Assembly (NCBI GenBank): GCA_018266735.1
Contig: JAFDZT010000012.1
Location: 1 to 13,479 of the forward strand
Direction of reading: 5' to 3'
Origin: Bacteroidota bacterium
GTDB taxonomy: Bacteria > Bacteroidota > Ignavibacteria > Kapaibacteriales > Kapaibacteriaceae
Length of the DNA: 13,479 nt
Part shown: piece after piece, positions 9,093 through 13,479 of the stretch
How the letters are laid out: each line of letters opens with the position of its first letter
How positions within the stretch are numbered: the stretch's first letter is position 1
Position numbers and translations under genes: made by a program
The notes under the pieces: generated by a model
Told to the model about the DNA's origin: nothing
Databases searched by the model: none
Seen by the model: the letters and a program-made list of their open reading frames with translations, nothing else

Positions 9093-9890
9093 TTGGTGTG
9101 CAATGTTCAATGGGGGGGGGAGATGAGTGAACGACAAGATTGGTGGACCCGCAGGTCAGATGGCGATATTGCCGAAGCGTATGCTCATATCCAAGAGTTT
9201 GAAGCAGACGCGCAGGAGATCATCCGAGGGGAATTCGAGCGAAGGGGTCTTGACCCCGCCCATCCGGTACCACCGTCTAAAGCCGAACTTCGGGAACTCA
9301 TGAAGGAGCGGTCGGCCGTGGCCGTTCAATCCTATCTCTACCCAACGAGTCCGGTCGCATTGGTCCGACTGATCGGCATGGCCTGTCTTGTTTCAAGTGT
9401 TGGGAGTTTCTCCGTCCTCACGGACGACCTTGTCACAGCCCGAGACTATCCGGATGCGGTGAGCATCCTGCTGGCCATCACCTCGACCGTCGTGTTCACC
9501 TGGGTACTCTGCGCTGCGATAGCGGCATTTCGACCAACGGCTCGTGCATGGACCATCCTCACATCCTTCCTTACGTGGAGTGTTGTCTCGGCGGGAATAC
9601 AAACGCTTCTCTCGATCGCTCGCCTCGTCCTTGAAAGCGAATCGCAGGTGTCGTTCGATGCGGCACTCGGATTTGAAGATGGTGGTTGGGTTGCTCTACG
9701 GAGGGCGGGTATCACTGTCATTTTTGGAGTGTTCTGGTTCATCGGTCTGGCAACGATGTTCCGTCCGGATGTACAAGCCTACATGGGCGTAAGCCTCTTT
9801 CGACGATTCATGGCGCCCGTGTTCATGAAGTTCATCGTCTTTATCGGTGTTGCCCTCACTATTGGCATGATATGGTTACGAACAAGATGA
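9093..9890 (+). CDS. Integral membrane protein of unknown function (cytosolic N-terminal ~75 aa followed by 5 TM helices)
   Basis: ORF of 265 aa, with an alternative start at ATG 9123-9125 (MSERQDWW...). Hydrophobic segments are VALVRLIGMACLVSSVGSFSVL, AVSILLAITSTVVFTWVLCAAIAAF, AWTILTSFLTWSVVSAGIQTLLSIA, ITVIFGVFWFIGLATMF and FMKFIVFIGVALTIGMIWL. The TGA stop at 9888-9890 overlaps the next ATG. Confidence 0.6.
   Translation: MVCNVQWGGEMSERQDWWTRRSDGDIAEAYAHIQEFEADAQEIIRGEFERRGLDPAHPVPPSKAELRELMKERSAVAVQSYLYPTSPVALVRLIGMACLVSSVGSFSVLTDDLVTARDYPDAVSILLAITSTVVFTWVLCAAIAAFRPTARAWTILTSFLTWSVVSAGIQTLLSIARLVLESESQVSFDAALGFEDGGWVALRRAGITVIFGVFWFIGLATMFRPDVQAYMGVSLFRRFMAPVFMKFIVFIGVALTIGMIWLRTR
9112..9120. 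repeat. G9 (C9 on the minus strand) homopolymeric tract
   Basis: Read directly: tggggggggg then agATG at 9111-9125. It lies in the 50-nt divergent intergenic region between the cargo pseudogene and the membrane-protein gene. Confidence 0.9.
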
Positions 9891-10441
9891 AGCAAGGTCA
9901 CCGAATTGTTCGTTGGATCTTCCTCCCTTTTGTATGCGGACTTTTGTCGTTCGTGGTGCCTGGGAATTGCACTGCGCCGTCGGCGGCGCGATCTCATCCA
10001 CGACAGGACAATCGAACAGGAACGTTCTCAACGTTCCAACAAGGTGATGTACTGTATGTTCGGTACGGATTGAAGAGATGTTTCGGTGGAGGGTGTTTTG
10101 CATTCGTGTTTGAGCGCGGGAAGACCTTCACCGTTACAATGGCAGAAGTGCCGAAGTGGTGGACGGCACCGAAGCCTTTCGCGAAAGATTCCGGGTGCAC
10201 CGTGTTTGGGACCACGACGTTGACGGCATCGGATATCAAAGGGCTCGATGCACTCTTCGCGTGGTATCGATCACCTCGCAACAATGGGTGCACATCCGTG
10301 GACACGATCACATGTACGCAGCTTCGGCAAGGAGTTGTGATAGCAACGGAAAAGTTCGTGGACGGTTCCTGTGACATCAGTGATCACGAAGAATTCACGT
10401 TTCTGGGTGAGTTACTACAACGCGTTGGTGGAGCACGGTAA
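9887..10441 (+). CDS. Exported or membrane-anchored Cys-rich protein of unknown function
   Basis: ATG 9887-9889 overlaps the upstream TGA (ATGA). The product is MKQGHRIVRWIFLPFVCGLLSFVVPGNC..., a signal-peptide-like N-terminus, and the 184-aa product has 9 cysteines. The track lists a longer version from 9686 that overlaps the upstream gene out of frame. The stop is TAA at 10439-10441. Confidence 0.55.
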   Translation: MKQGHRIVRWIFLPFVCGLLSFVVPGNCTAPSAARSHPRQDNRTGTFSTFQQGDVLYVRYGLKRCFGGGCFAFVFERGKTFTVTMAEVPKWWTAPKPFAKDSGCTVFGTTTLTASDIKGLDALFAWYRSPRNNGCTSVDTITCTQLRQGVVIATEKFVDGSCDISDHEEFTFLGELLQRVGGAR

Positions 10442-10875
10442 AGTGGCCGGGTACTTGTACAACCGCATACGATGACAACATCATTTCGCTCAGAAAAGCC
10501 GTTATTCCGATCATCAGGGGCACTGGTTATTCGGGGTCATCGTGACGGAAGTGGATGAACTCCAGTTTGATCTTCTCAATAGGAATGCTCGTGATCGCCG
10601 GTCCGCTGTACTTGACGTCGCCGAACAGTTAGCCGCAACGAAGTTTACTGAGCAGCTCGAGAAAGCAGTGATCCCAATTCAATGGATCCGATTTGTGTGT
10701 CCGCTGTCTCGGACCTCGGTGTACAGTATGAGAGAACAGCGTTCCTATTTGTTGCACCACATGACCCATCAGTCGAGCTGCGATCACTGCGATTGTCAAC
10801 TTAGAGGGCGGGTGAGGTCCAAGCAGACGTGCGGAAGGACGGTTGGTAATGGCATCGCGTTTGGGATCCCAACTG

Positions 10876-12168
10876 TTAGCGCTGTATCACCAACGGTCGT
10901 CCCACGCGGGTCTTCTTGGTCGAGACCACAACAGTGTACATTCCGTTCGGCAAGGTCGATACGTCCAGCGTCGTGGACGGAGTTCGTATCATGGCCGTTC
11001 GTACGGTGCTCCCGGACGCATCGATCAATCGTACCATCACATCTTCGGTCGGCACAACAGGAAGATCGAGCAACACATGATTTGTTGCCGGATTCGGATG
11101 GATATGAAGGGCGGCAAGGGTCGAGGCTTGGCGTTCCTCTTCTTCATCTGACGAAGCCGGGATCACGATGATACCCTCGCGACTAGCGATGAAGACTGTA
11201 CCGTTCACATCGGAAACCATGTCGAAGTATTCGCCAAATGGGTATGGGCTGAGGGCGCCCCATCCTATGCAACACCTTCCGCGATCACAGCAGCATGCAC
11301 CAAGCGATCGAAGGAACACTTGAATGCGTCCGTTCTCAAGTGAATCGAGATATCGTTCTACGGATCTCTCAATGGCATTGTGAAGGTCAAGGTCGATCGT
11401 CGTGAGTCGCTGTTCGAAAAACCTTTGGACTGGAGTGCCCGGCGCGCTGAGAGGGATCGTACGCGCTTGATCGCTTACGATGTGAGGTTCTCGAAGCTCA
11501 AGCTTGTATGCACGTTGTGCCGTATTGTCGAGGTAGACAACGTTACGAGATTTATCATCCACCAATACGTCGAATGCGAGAAAGAGCGGACCCTCGAGAA
11601 TGTTCGATGACTCGAGCAATGTGGTTCTCTTGAGGCTGCGCAGATCGATCTCGTCGATGTATGACGATGTCGCCAACCGCAATACCCCGTTCTGGATGAT
11701 GACGTCGAACATTCCTTGATCAAAGTCATATCTGAACGTCGGAGATCCTGGTCTGGTATGTGGGATCGTTTCCCATTTTTCACCGTCGAACATGGAGGCG
11801 TCGCCATCATCATCGAACGCCCACAATCTATGTTGTTCATCAATGAGTAGGCGTGTGATCGATCCGCTCAACAGAGGGCTGTTCTTCGACGTGTAACGGA
11901 ACATCGTTGGAAATGTGGCGCTGTCCAGCTTCATTCGAGTGGTCTGGATGACCTTGTTCTTGAATGTCAGTCGGCTCGAAGATTGCAGCTCTTCGGTCGA
12001 TCGAGACTTTCGCAGGACAACCCCTTCACTGAGCATCCAGGTTGCATCAGGAGCTTCGATCATCGTGTTGACTGTCCGCGCGCTCTGGCCAAGCTGCCCC
12101 TGTCCCTGTGCCGCCACGACCATGCACGACATTGTGAACATGACAAACATTGTGAGAACGCACTTCAT
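10876..12168 (-). CDS. T9SS-secreted cargo protein of unknown function with C-terminal Por_Secre_tail sorting domain
   Basis: Start is ATG 12166-12168, preceded by GGAGG at a 6-nt spacing. The product MKCVLTMFVMFTMSCMVVAAQGQ is a signal peptide. The C-terminus reads LHIHPNPATNHVLLDLP...GMYTVVVSTKKTRVGRPLVIQR, a T9SS sorting domain. The track start at 12207 lies upstream of the predicted -7 box and is unlikely. The stop is TAA at 10876-10878. Confidence 0.8.
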   Translation of the reverse strand: MKCVLTMFVMFTMSCMVVAAQGQGQLGQSARTVNTMIEAPDATWMLSEGVVLRKSRSTEELQSSSRLTFKNKVIQTTRMKLDSATFPTMFRYTSKNSPLLSGSITRLLIDEQHRLWAFDDDGDASMFDGEKWETIPHTRPGSPTFRYDFDQGMFDVIIQNGVLRLATSSYIDEIDLRSLKRTTLLESSNILEGPLFLAFDVLVDDKSRNVVYLDNTAQRAYKLELREPHIVSDQARTIPLSAPGTPVQRFFEQRLTTIDLDLHNAIERSVERYLDSLENGRIQVFLRSLGACCCDRGRCCIGWGALSPYPFGEYFDMVSDVNGTVFIASREGIIVIPASSDEEEERQASTLAALHIHPNPATNHVLLDLPVVPTEDVMVRLIDASGSTVRTAMIRTPSTTLDVSTLPNGMYTVVVSTKKTRVGRPLVIQR

Positions 12169-12174
12169 GTAGAA

Positions 12175-12179
12175 CCTCC
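12175..12179 (-). promoter_or_regulatory. Shine-Dalgarno GGAGG for the 10876-12168 gene
   Basis: Minus-strand GGAGG, 6 nt upstream of ATG 12166-12168. Confidence 0.5.
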
Positions 12180-12204
12180 AGGCACGATGAATGCACAGCC
12201 AGGT

Positions 12205-12212
12205 CAAACATA
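12205..12212 (-). promoter_or_regulatory. Candidate Bacteroidetes-type sigma-A -7 element (TAnnTTTG) for the 10876-12168 gene
   Basis: The minus-strand sequence here is TATGTTTG, 36 nt upstream of ATG 12168. I did not find a clear -33 TTG at the expected spacing. Confidence 0.3.
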
Positions 12213-12386
12213 GTCAAAGGTTGCCACGTGTCGGATCTCCACATCGATCTCAGGTGTATCTTTGGACACTCCGCTTATAGTGAGCACCTCATTTCACCCA
12301 CAGCTGACCAATGTGGTTCATGGTGCCATGATACGCAATGCCCAATGCTAGATCGTAGTTGCCTCTGAGTTGAAGTTCAATGCTGT

Positions 12387-12430
12387 GTGGTCACTCTCAT
12401 GCGGATTCACGTGGTCACATAATGCGGAAT
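12387..12430. repeat. Tandem direct repeat, 2 units of 20-21 nt with consensus gtggtcac-N3/4-atgcggaWt, separated by 3 nt
   Basis: Unit 1 is 12387-12407 (gtggtcactctcatgcggatt). Unit 2 is 12411-12430 (gtggtcacataatgcggaat). The ggattc/gaatcc halves can also pair as a short hairpin. The repeat sits 20 nt downstream of the RCC1 gene stop, which makes it about 220 nt upstream of the 10876-12168 gene start. Confidence 0.5.
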
Positions 12431-12449
12431 CCCTACTTATGGGCCAGAT

Positions 12450-13457
12450 TCACTTGACTTTTAGAAAAGTGGACATTCTTTGTTCAGCTCCAAGTGTTAA
12501 TGCGAGCACGTAAACCCCAATTGGCAGTTCTTCGACATTTAGGTCATGCGAAACACCATCTCGTAACTCGAACGTCTCCAACAACACGCCATGAATGGAG
12601 TAGATTCGAGCCTGCAGTGACCCGGAGGTTGATCTTGATGTGATCCTTAGAACGCCTTGAACTACGCCGATTGTCGCATCAACCGAATATTTCGTTGTTG
12701 GCGTCTTCGCATCACGAACATCCGTAATGATGCATGGCGGTTCAATACGGACCGGAGTCCTTGCAACTTCAATGCTATCTGGAAGTCGAAGTACGCCTCC
12801 AGCATTGCTTCCCCATCCCCAAAGCTCACCATCTCGAGTTAAGGCAAGTCCAAAGCTTGATGATGCTGCGATCTCTGCCACGTCGTGAAGACCCTCGATC
12901 TGAATGGGTGTTTGCGAAACAGGTATTCCGTCTACTCCAAGTTGACCATCTGAGTTGTCACCCCAGGCCCAAACAGTGCCGTCCTCTAAGAGTGCCAGAG
13001 TGTGTGTTATGCCTCCTTTAACTGAAACGCATTTACTCGGAAGAGGTAGAATAGTAGGTCTATCAATTCTCTGGGGAGAAGGCATGCCGAGCTTGAATCT
13101 ATCGTTCCGGCCCCATACCAAAACTGAACCTGATGAATCAATGGCCACAACGGAAACACCTTCGAGGAAGGTCGACGTCAAGTCTAAAATCCACGTGAGC
13201 CCATGTACAGGCCTCGGAGCAAGGATTGGCGTGTCGTTAGTAGTGTCAATTGCAGAAGATCCGTTCAAACACCAACCATACAACTCACCAGTCTCCAATT
13301 GAGCAAAACCATTTGCTTGCGCTGAGAACAGTTTGTTCACACCTGAAATTGATACGTTGCTTGCGCCACTGTCCAGTGTCTCACTCGATCCATTTCCATA
13401 GCGCCCATAGTTTTGTCCAGTAACTCGCACTGTTCCGTCACGAAGCAGGAAGTAGGA
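12450..13457 (-). CDS. RCC1-repeat (beta-propeller) T9SS cargo protein with C-terminal Por_Secre_tail domain; the 5' end is unresolved (an in-frame TAG at 13458-13460, then the window edge)
   Basis: RCC1-type repeats are present: DGTVWAWGDNSDGQLGV, DGELWGWGSNAGGVL, SVLVWGRNDRFKLG and DGTVRVTGQNYGRYGNG. The sorting domain is ...ARIYSIHGVLLETFELRDG...GVYVLALTLGAEQRMSTFLKVK. The stop is TGA at 12450-12452. The track opens the ORF at GTG 13428-13430, but the frame stays open and repeat-like (SYFLLRDGTVRVTG) up to TAG at 13458-13460, and there is no signal peptide at the apparent N-terminus. Confidence 0.75.
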   Translation of the reverse strand, partial: SYFLLRDGTVRVTGQNYGRYGNGSSETLDSGASNVSISGVNKLFSAQANGFAQLETGELYGWCLNGSSAIDTTNDTPILAPRPVHGLTWILDLTSTFLEGVSVVAIDSSGSVLVWGRNDRFKLGMPSPQRIDRPTILPLPSKCVSVKGGITHTLALLEDGTVWAWGDNSDGQLGVDGIPVSQTPIQIEGLHDVAEIAASSSFGLALTRDGELWGWGSNAGGVLRLPDSIEVARTPVRIEPPCIITDVRDAKTPTTKYSVDATIGVVQGVLRITSRSTSGSLQARIYSIHGVLLETFELRDGVSHDLNVEELPIGVYVLALTLGAEQRMSTFLKVK

Positions 13458-13479
13458 CTATGTCCGTTTTCTAGTTGAA

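Noticed and set aside
12169-12207. Track start at 12207 for the cargo gene
   Set aside because: ATG 12168 has a GGAGG SD and yields a canonical signal peptide. The candidate -7 promoter box (12205-12212) overlaps the longer start.
1-13479. CRISPR arrays, tRNA/rRNA genes, transposases/integrases
   Set aside because: I found no spacer-repeat periodicity, no tRNA T-loop-like motifs in intergenic regions, and no recombinase-like ORFs.

Overview
This 13.5-kb window looks like it comes from a moderately GC-rich FCB-group (Bacteroidota/Ignavibacteriota/Chlorobiota-like) bacterium. The lineage call rests on three minus-strand ORFs that end in Por/type-IX-secretion C-terminal sorting domains, plus a Bacteroidetes-style TAnnTTTG -7 box upstream of one of them. 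The left half is a signalling/membrane block. It holds a DUF2238-like polytopic membrane protein that appears translationally coupled to two tandem paralogous genes. Each paralog encodes an N-terminal TPR array fused to a canonical class III adenylyl cyclase domain with all six catalytic residues present. A flotillin/SPFH gene is transcribed divergently from this block. The right half is a cluster of T9SS cargo genes, and these carry the oddities. (a) An ~835-codon cargo gene is broken by three in-frame nonsense codons (TAG, TAA, TAA) with no frameshift. (b) A G9 homopolymer sits in a 50-nt divergent intergenic region and abuts the start codon of a membrane-protein gene. (c) That membrane-protein gene overlaps a Cys-rich exported protein gene by ATGA; neither has a recognisable function. 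(d) A cargo gene contains an unusual CCC-x4-CC cysteine cluster. (e) An RCC1-repeat cargo gene appears to continue upstream through another in-frame TAG. (f) A 2 x 20-21 nt tandem direct repeat lies in a 281-nt intergenic region. No rRNA, tRNA, CRISPR array, transposase or integrase was recognised. The long + strand ORFs across 1..1700 and several others in the track are antisense shadows of the real genes. The leftmost cyclase gene is missing from the ORF track only because it runs off the window edge.
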